This document shows positions 1 through 41,143 of a stretch of DNA of 64,000 bases, one piece after another. The translations under genes were made by a program, and so were the position numbers. The notes beneath the pieces were generated by a model. That model did not search any database. It had not been told where the DNA came from and was given only the letters and a program-made list of their open reading frames with translations. Origin of the DNA: Hormiphora californensis (Eukaryota; Animalia; Ctenophora); contig CM035360.1 in NCBI GenBank assembly GCA_020137815.1, forward strand, positions 1,364,001-1,428,000, written 5' to 3'. How positions within the stretch are numbered: position 1 is the first letter of the stretch; each line of letters begins with the position of its first letter.

Positions 1-3794
<3,794 letters not shown>

Positions 3795-4587
3795 TTAACA
3801 CACCCTGATATATTAGGGTATTAGGGACACATGTGTGACTCAGGCAGAAAATGGGTGAATGAAGGGTGTGTGTGTTTTTGTATGTGAAATTGAGAGTATT
3901 CCGTACTGGAGAGAAAAGTACTCGGTATGCTCAATAGCGACGCGTTCTAACAATTAAAAACCTCTGATTTTTACACATTTTTATGATTAACTGTGCGTGT
4001 TTTTTTGTGCTGTTCTACTCTCGTGTGTGTCCAAACTATACAATATTTTGGAGCAGGGTAACAACACACGAACTCTTTTATGGCTCTCTGTTAGGATTCG
4101 TATATTCTAGAACGTCTCTCTCGTGACGTCATTTTGTATGTGGATTGTAGTGTGTAAGGAATTGATGTGGTTTCCTCTTGGTTTCGTATATCAATTGCTT
4201 GCTCGACCCTGTCTCAGGGTGTGAACGAAACAAATTAATTGCCTTGTTCAAACAACAGTCTAATACTGCTCTACCATTTTCAACAGATGACAAGTAGTAG
4301 TACAGCTAATTATTAATTACCAAATTCCCCGCTTTATTAATCTGTTTTAACTTCTGTGAAAGGGAGAGTAAAATACGGCGTGTGTGACAAATGATTAATT
4401 CCGTTTTCAAGCAACCAATTTAAATGTATTAATGGGTTTTGATTCCCCTCTCTATACACCCCCCATATCCGTACACATGTTATTTTTTGTTGGATTTACT
4501 CCAACAGCCACTTGTTTTACCACTAACTGTCTAATTGTCTGGTTTGTACCCGCCCTTTCTTACGAAATGAAGACGTGTCACGGCTGA

Positions 4588-4965
4588 CAAACTAGCCTGC
4601 AGTAACCATGGCGACGCCAGACAGTGCAAACTAGCCTGTCCCGCAGTAACCATGGCAACGCCAGACAGTGCAAACTAGCCTGTCCCGCAGTAACCATGGT
4701 AACGCCAGACAGTACAAACTAGCCTGTCCCGCAGTAACCATGGCAACGCCAGACAGTGCAAACTAGCCTGTCCCGCAGTAACCATGGCAACGCCAGACAG
4801 TGCAAACTAGCCTGTCCCGCAGTAACCATGGCAACGCCAGACAGTGCAAACTAGCCTGTCCCGCAGTAACCATGGCAACGCCAGACAGTGCAAACTAGCC
4901 TGTCCCGCAGTAACCATGGCAACGCCAGACAGTACAAACTTAGCCTGTCCCGCAGTAACCATGGG
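4588..4965. repeat. 44-bp minisatellite, ~9 units, most carrying an RFX X-box-like motif
   Basis: Unit caaactagcctgtcccgcaGTAACCATGGCAACgccagacagtg; motif starts at 4602, 4646, 4690, 4734, 4778, 4822, 4866, 4910, 4955 (first and last degenerate). Confidence 0.95.
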
Positions 4966-5328
4966 GACAACAGCAGAGAGTTGGAAGGAAGTGAATTGAA
5001 TAATATGTAATGATATAACTGTAGTCCTTTGTACATAAGTATATTCTTATCTAGGTATATATATTTTTGCTTAGCGAGGTGGTAAAATGAAGAAATATGA
5101 TATACATGTCCAGGAATCGCATTAAAACTCAATTGACAAATTTACAGAAGTGGAGACTTTATGTTATGTCACATTGTAACCCCCTCCAGCCCCCTCCCCA
5201 CTTTGGCTTCACTCATATTGTGACACATCCCAGACCCCCCCCCCCCCCCCAATTCCCCATCGGAACACCGGTGTTCTAGATATCCCCTCAATATCTTTCT
5301 TCATCTCGTCAAACTTCCATATAATTTA

Positions 5329-5926
5329 CTAGTAGGCCCGTTCGCCCTACGGGCGAATTTCGGGGAAATGGTAGCTGGATTAGGGAACGCTGACATCACC
5401 TGCACCATCCGTTCCTAGCCTATCTCTCACTTTCTCCCTACTCATGCTGTTGTACGCTCTGGGCTTCCTGACAATGTCAAGGTCCGAATTTAAGAGATCA
5501 ATGTCATGGAGGTACAGTGCTGTTCGAGAAACTCATCACGTGAAAACTTGGCCGCTATGTAGCTGATTCGGAGATTTCTATATTCGACTGGAGTAATCAC
5601 CCTTGGGCGACGTTGGGTAAAGCTATCCGTAGTCGTTGATTGGCTCGCTTCAACACGTTGGCGTAATCTGTCATATTCTCTAGCCTGCTCTCTGACAGCA
5701 GCAGATCTTCTGGACCCATAATCCATATAACCGTTGCCGAATAGCGCTTGGGGTGGAAGAGCTAGACATCAGGACAGAAGTAAAAGAATGCACGTGCAGA
5801 ATTGAATTTCCCCTTGGTACCTAACTGCAACCGGGATAGAGATCTCCAGGTCCCTCTAATAATTGCACGTGCAAGTGTAGTTGCTAGGTGATCTCTGTCA
5901 CACAATTTGCTTAGTAAGTAGTATGA
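5329..5926 (-). mobile_element. Non-autonomous Helitron (~600 bp), copy 1
   Basis: On the minus strand it starts TC(ATACTACTTACT) and ends with the hairpin GCCCGT-agggcga-ACGGGC then CTACTAG. It is inserted between A and T with no TSD. A similar copy lies at 42337-42928, and the empty site is visible at ~11116-11228. Confidence 0.88.
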
Positions 5927-6017
5927 TTTCAAAAGATACATGCCGGATACATGCCCAGTATCCCCCCCCCCCCCCCCCCCCGATACATGTCTTGATCTAA
6001 CCCCCCTCATTTTTAGC

Positions 6018-7423
6018 ATGTCCAGAACTGTAAGGCGGTCCCTTGGCGTGTTTCGCCTTCTCTCTGCTGCTGCCCCCAACTCTCAACACTCCATAGCAAC
6101 CAACTCCAACCACTCGATAGCAACGATACAGAACACCAACTGTACGAGGAACTACAGCAACCACACAACGCAGTCTCTGTTGCCTAGTAACACCACTGCA
6201 ACGCAGTCTCTGTTGCCTAGCAACACCACTGCAGCGCGGTGTCTGTTGCCTAGCAACACAACGCGGTGTCTGCACACAGCTCCTGATCCTCCCATAGTCA
6301 CCCTATTCACCACCAACCTCTGTTTGCTGTGCGATGAGGCTGAGGCTGACATGAAGCTCTTGCAAGAGAAATACCATTTTACGTAAGTTGCAAGAGAAAT
6401 ACCATTTTACGTAAGTTGCAAGAGAAATACCATTTTACGTAAGTTGCAAGAGAAATACCATTTTACGTAAGTTGCAAGAGAAATACCATTTTACGTAAGT
6501 TGCAAGAGAAATACCATTTTACGTAAGTTGCAAGAGAAATACCATTTTACGTAAGTTGCAAGTGTTTTTTATCTAATCAACTCTTTACCCGACCCTGATT
6601 TTCTAAGCCCTTGCAATAGCCCCCAATAACCCCCCCCCCCCTCTCTCTATCTCCAATAACCCCTCTCTCCCCCCCCCCCCCCCCAGATAACCCCTTCTCC
6701 CCCCAATAACACCCCTCTCTATCTCCAATAACCCCCCTCTCGATCTCCAATAACACCCCTCTCTCCCCCCCAATAACCCCCCTTCTCCCCCCAATAACAC
6801 CCCTCTCTATCTCCAATAACACCCCTCTCTCCCCCCAATAACCCCCCTTCTCCCCCCAATAACCCCTCTCTCTATCCCCAATAACCCCCCTCTCTATCTC
6901 CAATAACCCCCCTTCTCCCCCCAATAACCCCCCTTCTCCCCCCAATAACACCCCTCTCTATCTCCAATAACACCCCTCTCTCCCCCCAATAACCCCCCTT
7001 CTCCCCCCAAAAACCCCTCTCTCTATCCCCAATAACCCCCCTCTCTATCTCCAATAACCCCCCTTCTCCCCCCAATAACACCCCTTCTCCCCCCAATAAC
7101 ACCCCTCTCTATCTCCAATAACCCCCCTCTCTATCTCCAATAACCCCCCTCTCTATCTCCAATAGGCAATAACCCCTCTCTCCCCCCAATAACCCCCCTT
7201 CTCCCCCCCAATAACACCCCTCTTTATCTCCAGGATTGAAAAGGTGGATGTTTCAAGGAAAGCAAATAAAATGTGGAAGAGAAAATACCATTATTCCCTT
7301 CCCGTGGTCCACTACAATGGTGAGAGGATAAGCAGAAGCGGTTTCAGTAACAAGGCGGCCAACGCGTTGGTTAAGAAGTTGAAAGAGGAGGGGTGGGAAA
7401 AAAGCGGATCTGGTAGACCTTGA
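6018..7423 (+). CDS. Glutaredoxin-like protein (DUF836 / C5orf63-like) with a probable mitochondrial presequence
   Basis: Exons 6018-6382 and 7234-7423 join in phase 2. Arg/Ser/Leu-rich N-terminus, then VTLFTTNLCLLCDEA (CxxC)...IEKVDVSRKANKMWKRKYHYSLPVVHYNG, matching the DUF836 pattern. Confidence 0.85.
6360..6562 (+). repeat. 28-bp tandem repeat x7 spanning the exon 1 splice donor
   Basis: Unit TTGCAAGAGAAATACCATTTTAC|GTAAG, 7 perfect copies (6360-6555). Confidence 0.97.
6620..7230 (+). repeat. C-rich intronic minisatellite (CCAATAACCCCC-based)
   Basis: Dozens of ~20-bp variants ccaataac(a)cccc(t)tctct(atct) filling the intron up to the acceptor. Confidence 0.93.
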
Positions 7424-7511
7424 CTGGATTTGTGAGAAGATTTGTGAGAGGGGGCTGTTATTTAATTTATTGTGTTTTTTTTGTAAAACTTGTTATGTAT
7501 TTGGTTTCTAC

Positions 7512-8369
7512 GGGGGGGGGGGGGGGGGAGACATGTTAATTGTTAATAAATCACCTCTTTTTTCCGATTTTGTTAATTAACAAAATTAACAAAATTAACA
7601 AATGCTAAAATATTGGTGTTATCGGTTGATAATACGACTTTAACTGATTTAATTTTATAGTTTAATGACTTATCTAACGTTTGTATAGTATATATATTAT
7701 ATACCCATGCAAGGCCTCCTCCGATAACCAAAGCCCGACATACAAGTTTTTTGGCTCCAAATCGATCAAAATTCGAAGAGTACGAAAATTTCAATTTAGC
7801 GTGTAAAATGTCACTTGAATGTAATTTTTTCATTGATGATCCATTATTCAGACGAAAGAAAGTGATGTACAACGTTTCTGTTCGAAAAATACGAAAAAAT
7901 TCCCAAAATTGCTTTTTTTGGTCAAAAATTGAAAATTTGCTTCGCTACAAATCCTTGTGTTTTTTTATAAAAAATTATTTTTGGGATATTTTTCGATTGA
8001 AGGTTAATTTATGAGTCTTATTAAGTTTTTAAGGTTGGAAAATGTGGATTAGTGTCATTTGACCTCAATTGCGGTTCAGGTTGGCTAGTTTTTGTTCGAA
8101 TTTACAAAATGGAACAAATCGTTGTTGGGAAGGCTGTAGTGGACGGCTTGGGGGTATGCAAATCATGCAGAAGGAACATCTTTGTTCGCAGAACAACATG
8201 CAGCAAGTGTAATACCAAAAAACACGTGCTAAAAGGACTTTAGATCGTAGAAATGGCATTTGTTAATGTTTGTTAACTTTTGTTAATTTTGTTAATAAAT
8301 CACCTGTTTTTTCTATGTTAATATTAACAAAGTTAACAAAATTAACATGTCCCCCCCCCCCCCCCCCCC
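7512..8369. mobile_element. Non-autonomous DNA transposon with poly-G/poly-C termini and 8-bp TSD
   Basis: Left G-run+AGACATGTTAATT, right AATTAACATGT+C-run; subterminal TTAAC repeats; TSD GTTTCTAC at 7504-7511 and 8370-8377. Confidence 0.85.
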
Positions 8370-8478
8370 GTTTCTACTTTTTACTCCCCCTTCTCTCACA
8401 CAATGTAGCCAGATACTATATGAACACTTGAAATCTCCCACCGTAATGTGTTTCACTTCCCACTATTTAGCGCCCAAA

Positions 8479-8584
8479 ATGAATGTTGATCACGAGATTG
8501 AGCTGCTAAAAGAGGAAATGAAGAGATTGGGAGAGGAACAAAGTGATGGGAGTATCGACGTTACATTTGGTACCCTGTTTGAGG
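8479..8584 (+). other. ABRACL: Duplicated ABRACL first coding exon (alternative first exon or gene fragment)
   Basis: MNVDHEIELLKEEMKRLGEEQSDGSIDVTFGTLFE followed by a GTAAGT donor; lies in block ~8412-8885, duplicated at ~11231-11657; no exon 2 copy follows. Confidence 0.85.
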
Positions 8585-9081
8585 GTAAGTGAATAAAGTT
8601 AGGTGAATTTTTACTAAAACACAAGGATTTGTTCTATAAGAGATTTGCGGTACTTGATGTGAAGTGAGCTAGTATGATCGGCCTTCGGGGCACCACCTCG
8701 TGTGTTCAACCGTTGTAACTGTTATTTGATGGGTTGTGACAGCAACGGGGTTCACCGTGGTCGGTAATTGGATTCTTCCAAAGTTACAAAGAAATTTCTT
8801 CAAGATATAACCTCGTTCAGAAATAGAACTGCGTCGATTCGACAAACTGAAAATAGGGCCTAGCCCACTGCACTAGGGGAGTAGAGTCTAATTTTTTATT
8901 TAAGCGACAGGCCGCCGCGCATCAAAATGCAGCGCTTGAAATCGATTTCCGGTTCCTGATAAGCTAGCTACCCTCACTTTTCCGATATGTGGGGGTACAT
9001 CGTGAATGAGGCATGAGATTCTTGCGGCAGCCCCCCCCCCCCATTGTCTTAATTCGGTTCTCTTGGCCCTATTGATACATC

Positions 9082-11019
9082 ATGTTCAACAACTGGCGGT
9101 GTTATGGGATAGTCTTCCTACTAATGATCCCCACTATACCCCTGGCCATCTATAGATACACCCTGGTGGTGAACCTGTATGCTATTGCAGACAGTCAGGC
9201 GGTTCAGTTCCTTAACATCGCATATCTCATCATGACTATCAGGTATATGACGTCATATTAGGGAATCTTTAGGGTTTAGGGTTGTTCTTGATGTTAAGTA
9301 CCTAACTGTTGCCTTGTTCGAACTTCTCTCTAGAACTTAACTGAACTGGTCTACGGGCTAGTTCTAGAACCAACGGTTTTGATTTGAAGAGCTGACATTA
9401 TAATCTGTTTTGCCCCATAATTTCCAGTGTCTAACTCCATCCTCTCAGTGGTATGCCGGCGTCCCTCTGCTACGAGAGAGCTATGGAGATACGGCCCAGT
9501 TACTTTGTTCCCACAGTAGCCGGTATTCAGGTAAAAAGAGGGACTTTTTGCTCGGGTGTAACTAGGAGAAATTCATATTTCACCAGAGTTTTTTCAAAGT
9601 GGTTACCAATCACCAATATCTCCCACTTTCTGACAGGGTCTATCAGCCTTGCTGTACGGTTTAATAATGTCCCGTGATGGTGTATTTCATCCTACAACAA
9701 AGCTCTTCCTAGGTATCATCGCCGGTACACCCTGCTCCATTTTGTACTACTTCACACGTGAGTAGTTACCATGGTTACTGCAGTTTAGCTGTTACCATGG
9801 TTACTGGATAAGCTGTTACCATGGGTACTGGTTTAATTGTTACCATAGTTATAAATGGCAAATGCGTGGGTGGCTAGGATTCTAGCAGCGTTTTATGATA
9901 TATGCACTTGTTCCACATCTGACCACTTCCCTCCCAGGTAACTACATAGATCGGCACCTCACGATCGAGATATCACGTGTCCACAAGATAGAGCTGGGGA
10001 CCCTCAACTCAGCCATGACCATGACCAGCTTTATGTTGATGGCCCTCTTCTCATTTCTGACAGGGAAACTCTTCGCGGCATTCTCCCTCCGAGATGCGAC
10101 ACTGCTTGCTGGGGTAATCTGCGGGGCTACTTGCATCCTAACTGCAGTGTTATTAGCTGTTGCTCTCCGACCCTTCGCAGCCATACCAGAAAATAAGAAG
10201 CGTGGTGAGAGGAACACATTCGCACAGTTTGGTAACCAATGGCAACGCTTCAAATCAATCCCCATCCTCAAGATAATAGTGGCTGTTATAGTTGGGAGGT
10301 GTGTGCTAAAGGGCAGTTATTACGAGTACATTCTGCTGGAATGTGGGTTAACACAAGAACAGCTCAGTTGGGATATTGCTGCATTTTATGTAATGCTGGC
10401 TATCGGCTCAATCATCAACATACACAAGAAGAAGCTTGGTTTTACCGACCAGTATATCCCTATTTATGTCCATTTCAAGGTCTGGCAATTAGCTGGCAGC
10501 GCTGTGTATCTTTCTATAGCCTACTACTTAGTGATATTTCTACCGTGGTACCAGGGTGGGGAACTGCTGCCTACTGCAGCTACTGCACTAATGAAAACGC
10601 TCCCTAACTCTACTCAAAGTGAGATACTTCCAACAGAGACGGTGACGGAGGCAGCTGGGTCAGGAAGCATAGCCTTGTGGCTGATAATATTCATCTTCTC
10701 AACTCTCCTCCTCGCAGCATTTGCAGAGTTCGAGGTACTTGTTATGAACGAATTCTACCAGATAAACATCCCTAAAGAGGATCGGGGTGCGATTGTGGGG
10801 GTGGACGAGGTTCTAACCCTGATCCTTCTCTCTGCCCAAAGTGGTCTGGGTCTGTTCCTGGAGGAACAGTGGCTAATGACGGAGATGTTCATTCTCCATC
10901 TCACAGTGGTGACGGCAGGTTTGGTGCTGAGTGTGTGGTACTTGATTGTGGATGATAAGAGGGTGAAGAGTTATAAACTCCACCAGGGAGAGGAGTCCCC
11001 TTTAATGACTATTGACTGA
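9082..11019 (+). CDS. Multi-pass membrane protein, probable MFS-type transporter
   Basis: Exons 9082-9242, 9449-9530, 9637-9757, 9938-11019 join in phase; about 12 hydrophobic segments; late YQINIPKEDRGAIVG motif resembles the MFS 'P...RG...G' loop. Confidence 0.72.
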
Positions 11020-11297
11020 AGTAGTGGTGAATACCGGGCTTATAGACACCGTAACAATTGATCATGATTTGTGTTCCGTGTTTAACTTGTTTGCAAGTCA
11101 CCAACCATTGGACCTTGTTCTAGAGATCCCCCCTCAATATCTCTCGTCAAACTTCCATAATTTCTTTCAAAAGATACATGCCGGATACATACCCCCCCCC
11201 CCCCCCAGATACATGTCTTGATCTAACCATGATACTATATGAACACTTGAAATCTCCCACCGTAATGTGTTTCACTTCCCAATATTTAGCGCCCAAA

Positions 11298-11992
11298 ATG
11301 AATGTTGATCACGAGATTGAGTTGCTAAAAGAGGAAATGAAGAGATTGGGAGAGGAACAAAGTGATGGGAGTATCGACGTTACATTTGGAACCCTGTTTG
11401 AGGGTAAGTGAATAAAGTTAGGTGAATTTTTACTAAAACACAAGGATTTGTTCTATAAGAGATTTGCGGTACTTGATGTGAAGTGAGCTAGTATGATCGC
11501 CCTTCGGGGCACCACCTCGTGTGTTCAACCGTTGTACGGGGTTCATCGGGGTCGGTAATTGGACTCTTCCAAAGAATGTGCTAAAGAATGCTCTTGCAAA
11601 GACAGAAACGTCGATATGACAAACTGAAAATAGGGCTCAGCCCACACTAGGGGAGTATCCTCCCCACCTTTTTTTTGATATTTTTTTGCATGTTTTACTA
11701 GAACGAATGCAAACATGCATGCTAAAACTTTTAGAGATTCATTGGGCGCCCGATCATTTTAGTTTTTTCTATTGATATGATAGCTTCTCTCAGACTTCTT
11801 AACCTTTCGATTGAACTAATTTTTTAATTCTCTCTCCTCCCCTCAGATGAGCGGTGTGCAAACATTTTCGAGGCCCTGGTTGGAACACTCAAGGCGGCAA
11901 AGAAGAGAAAGGTTGTGTCCTACCAAGCAGAGATGCTGCTCTCCCCCATGCACAATGCTGTAGTGATCAAACTGAACCCTCCTACACAATAG
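11298..11992 (+). CDS. ABRACL: Costars family protein ABRACL
   Basis: Exons 11298-11403 and 11847-11992: MNVDHEI...VTFGTLFEDERCANIFEALVGTLKAAKKRKVVSYQAEMLLSPMHNAVVIKL, the Costars signature. Confidence 0.95.
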
Positions 11993-12862
11993 AGAAAGGG
12001 GAGAGAGATGGGACTATTATAGAAGGAATTATACTTTGGTATTTTGATAAGGGTTGGGAGAAAATCACTGTATTTGTCAGGGTTTCTATGTATTTACTTG
12101 TTAGACTATTTATATGTTGGTGCAGTGTTAGTAATTAGCTCTACTATGGCTGGCCATTTTTAATGTGTGCCCAAAATCATGACATAATCTTGCTAGGTAA
12201 ATTTTGATTCAATGAAATATATGACCATCTTTCAAATGACATAATGTAATTATTATTCAGCAATTGTGTAAACTTAATTTCCATTTCTTATACCCCTTCA
12301 TTAACAAAATGGCTTGTTTTATCAATACCCCCAATCAACAACCCTGCCACCGGTTAACTTTTGTAAGATACATTATCTATCTGAATCGTCAGAATCTGAA
12401 TATGTTCAGTTCTAACAGATACTGATAGGTTCTTTTGAGCTCTATCAGAGTATTGGCCTGGCAGCTTTTGTCAGACAGTATAAATTAGTCTATAAATATA
12501 TATTGACGGTGGCAGGACGTTGTTTAAAGAATAGTTAAACTAAGTTTGTTAACAATTTGATAAACTACAAACTATGTACATCTACAAATAAGAATCAATA
12601 AATGAATAAAAAAAGGTCTGATACGTCATAAAAATACAATTGGTCACATTGTTCGGGTTTTTGATGTCTGTCTGATTTGTCTGTCTCACTACTGACGACA
12701 TGCACTCATGCAAACTAGAGTCTATCCATCTATCTCTAGTAGCAATGCTACTAGCATGTCCTGCTACTACACAGAACGTGACATGAAAGCATGCAGTCAC
12801 AGTCTTGGCTTCTTTACCTCTTCTAACATTGCCAATTTATCTGGCCAGATCTGTATTGTATC

Positions 12863-34758
<21,896 letters not shown>

Positions 34759-35059
34759 AAGCTACCGCCTAAATGTACAATTATGTTAAAAATAATTGAG
34801 TAGCCTGGCACTGTGTCTGCGCTACAAATTATGAACAATTATTGAAAAAATCAAAGCATAGCGGAAACACGATCAAATCAAAGCGATCCCCTGTCAGAGG
34901 TTATCCTTCATTTCCCAATGATATTTCCCCTCAAATCTCAATGTGCTGTACGTGACTAGAGTGAGAGCGTGAGCCGTGAGGAGACGAGTATTTTAATTTT
35001 TATTTAGGTGGACCCATAAAGGGAAGATCTGTTGTGCAACACCATAACTTTATTTGTAA

Positions 35060-37120
35060 ACTTATAAAAAGTTCAGTATTTACACAACGTTTACATAGTC
35101 CTTACATTGGCATACGCTGCATGCAACTGCAGGCCCCTCGTTGCGGGGGTTCACGCATGAGGACTGAGGAGGCTGCAGCACATTCCAAGGCAGCCTTTTC
35201 AAAACGTCGTGTTGGCAGATTTTTTTGGGTGCCGTTACGATCTGGGTGTTTGGTGGCCTGTTTACAGGTGCACACTTCCAAAAAAATGATTTAGTAAAAT
35301 GGCCCTAACCGCTAAACCACTCAACCGTTTTGGCTAATTCAAAGTTTATCTGGTAGGAAGTGTCAAGGCCTAACCCCAACCCAAACCCCTTGTTATGTTC
35401 TAACCCTCCTTTACACAGTCTAGCTAGGCAACCAAACCCCCAACCCTAACCATACTTTAGCCCTAACCCTAAAAACCTTTTGTCAGCACTCACCAAAGGA
35501 AAACTTTAAAATCTGGGTGCCTTTCATTGCTAACAATTCGTAGTTTTAGCGCGCACGACGGGTTAGGGCTATCCTTTAGGGTCTGGTTAGGGTTTTGTTT
35601 GAGGTTATCGGTTAGGGCTATCGATTCTCTATCAGTTACCGTTTACTCAAATTGTGTGGTTGCGTGGCTATAGCCGTTTGAAAAAAGTCGGTCTTAGTGT
35701 ACTCTTTTGGTAGCGTGCACCTGTAAACAGGCCGCAAGGCACCCAGATTCTAATGGGCGCCGTTACGATCTGGGTGTTTGGAGGCCTGTTTACAGGTGCG
35801 CGCTGCCAAAAAAGTTGATTCACTAAAATGGCTCTAACCGCCAAACCACTCAAGTTGAGTGGTTTGGCGGTTAGAGCCATTTTAGTGAATCAACCGTTTT
35901 GGCTGATTCAAAGTTTATCTGGTAGGGAATGTCAAGGCCTAACCCCAACCCAAACCCTAACCCTAACCCTACTTTAGCCCTAACCCTAAAAAACCGTTTG
36001 TCAGCACTCCCAAAACACCCAGATTTTAACGCTGGCCGATTCCAATAAGGAACCATAATAAAGTTCAAGAGCCTCCAAGAGCGCACCAGGTCCAAGAGCA
36101 CACCAGGACCAGGAGAGCACCCCATCCAGAAGAGACCGCGCGCAAGGGATACCACGCGCAGAAGAGTCCGCACGCGCAAATACAACGCCGCGCTGGTCTC
36201 TTCTGCGCGTGGTGTCCCTTGCGCGCGGTCTCTTCTGGATGGGGAGCTCTCTTTGATGTGGTGCGCTCTTGGAGTGGTCTCTTCTGGATGTGGTACGCTC
36301 TTGGTTGTGGTCTCTTTTGGGTGTGGTGCGCTCTCAGGTGTGGTCTCTCTTCGATAGGGTGCGCTCTCAGGTGTGGTCTCTCTTCGATGGGGTGCGCTCT
36401 TGGGTGCTCTTGGAGGCTCTTGAACTTTATTATGGTTCCTTATCGCGCCCACACCGGAAGCTTGGCATACGTTGCAGGCCCCTTATAATATAATATAAGG
36501 GGCCTGGAGGGAATACCGCGCTAGGGGGGAATACATAATCAATCATATCTCCGGTTCCAGATAAGGTACAGAAATTGTTTTGGTAGCGTTGGAAAGAGGA
36601 AGATAACAGCTTTCAAATGCAACCGGTTTCAGGTCTCTATCTTATCAGGAACAGGAGATATGAACCAAACTCCGCAAAATCGAGTGCGGTAAAATCAAAA
36701 TTTGAATGAAATTTTAAAAAAGGTGTCCCTGCAAGAATCTGTGACGTCACTTTTTGAAAACAACCCATCTTTCAACGGCTATTGCTCAGCCTCCTTAAGT
36801 CCAATTAACTTCTCTCAAAAACAGCAAGGTAGATAATCGTCAGATCTAACAACTGGTGAAAGAATCAAGTCAAACGGACTTCAGGAGCCAAAGTTATAAG
36901 CACCGCCGTTTTTTCGACCGCAAAGTTATCTTCGACCCAGCCGGGATCAGGCCAAACGCGCGCGCGGCATTCTCTCCAGTCCCCTCGTTGCGGGGGTGCG
37001 CGCATGAGGGGGCTGCAGCGCATTCCAAACCGGAAGCTGAAGTTTTTTTTTTTTTTTTTTCGTTCGAAATTTAAATTTTTAAATCCTAAATTTTTTTAAC
37101 GTTAGCGCTGCGCAGTATTG
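35060..37120. mobile_element. Cluster of non-autonomous transposon fragments incl. a ~400-bp foldback element (36045-36443)
   Basis: ~35224-35510 repeats at ~35755-36030; ~35505-35750 is the reverse complement of ~49755-50010; TIR ATAAGGAACCATAATAAAGTTCAAGAGCCTCCAAGAGC at 36045/36443 with a fragment at ~51422. Confidence 0.75.
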
Positions 37121-37457
37121 CAGCGCTTTCATGAAATTGACGCGTGCGACGCACTCTTGTGATTTCCATGGTTGAGTGCGCGTGGGTGTCGGTTTCGCGC
37201 GACAAGTCCTCTCCATGGTAATCCGCGCGTTCCAACAAGTTTCGCGTGTACGTGTATCACTGACGACGAAGAAGAGGACTGAGGTTTGGGAGATGTACAG
37301 AAATGATTAACACAGTACAACAAATTAAACCGTATTATTTTACACACGCATTTTATATTATTTGAGCCCATATTATTATCCTAATTCTGAGTGTTTCTTG
37401 AAATTAGCACAAAGATTAAAATTAGAAGAGGTCAGCTGCAGCAGCACACACCCTCTC

Positions 37458-40652
<3,195 letters not shown>

Positions 40653-41143
40653 AAGATGACCGAGAGATAAGGAGAGAGGGAGCGAAGTGGATATTTAGAT
40701 CCGCTATCCTATAATACTTCTAACTTGCTAAACTTGGAAAGAATTGCAAAGTTATTTTCAGTTATTTGTGTGGGTAGTCATTTTGAGGAAAATAAGGTAA
40801 TTGAGTTTTGTTAGATAAACGTTACAGAACATCAGCTACATTTAGAACAAACATCCTTCTTTAAGATAATCATTCTAACACATCTTAACATGCAAGTTGC
40901 AACACATGTTCCTTTTCTAATCTCTATCTACCAACTACATATAATACGCACTCCAACACATTGGAAATGTTTATAGTTATACTAAATTCTACAGCGTTTA
41001 GCTAGCATGATGATAATCTAAAAGAAAGCTCTACTAAGGTGTGTGTGTGTTTATCAGTTAACAGTGTAATAATAGATATATTCATAACAAAGGTTATTTA
41101 CGTAGTAACGATCATAACATAGTTAAAAACTAACAGCCTCTTT

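Noticed and set aside
6577-7102. Gly-rich repetitive ORFs on the minus strand (and 20905-21492, 53854-54146)
   Set aside because: Stop-free frames arising from intronic minisatellites or antisense to real exons.
35360-35990. CCCTAA-like runs suggesting interstitial telomere
   Set aside because: Short, degenerate and embedded in a dispersed repeat also present at ~49755-50010; transposon-internal.
35871-36493. ORFs of 74-193 aa with RETTPESAP repeats
   Set aside because: Lie inside a foldback element with internal tandem repeats; no domain or splice support.
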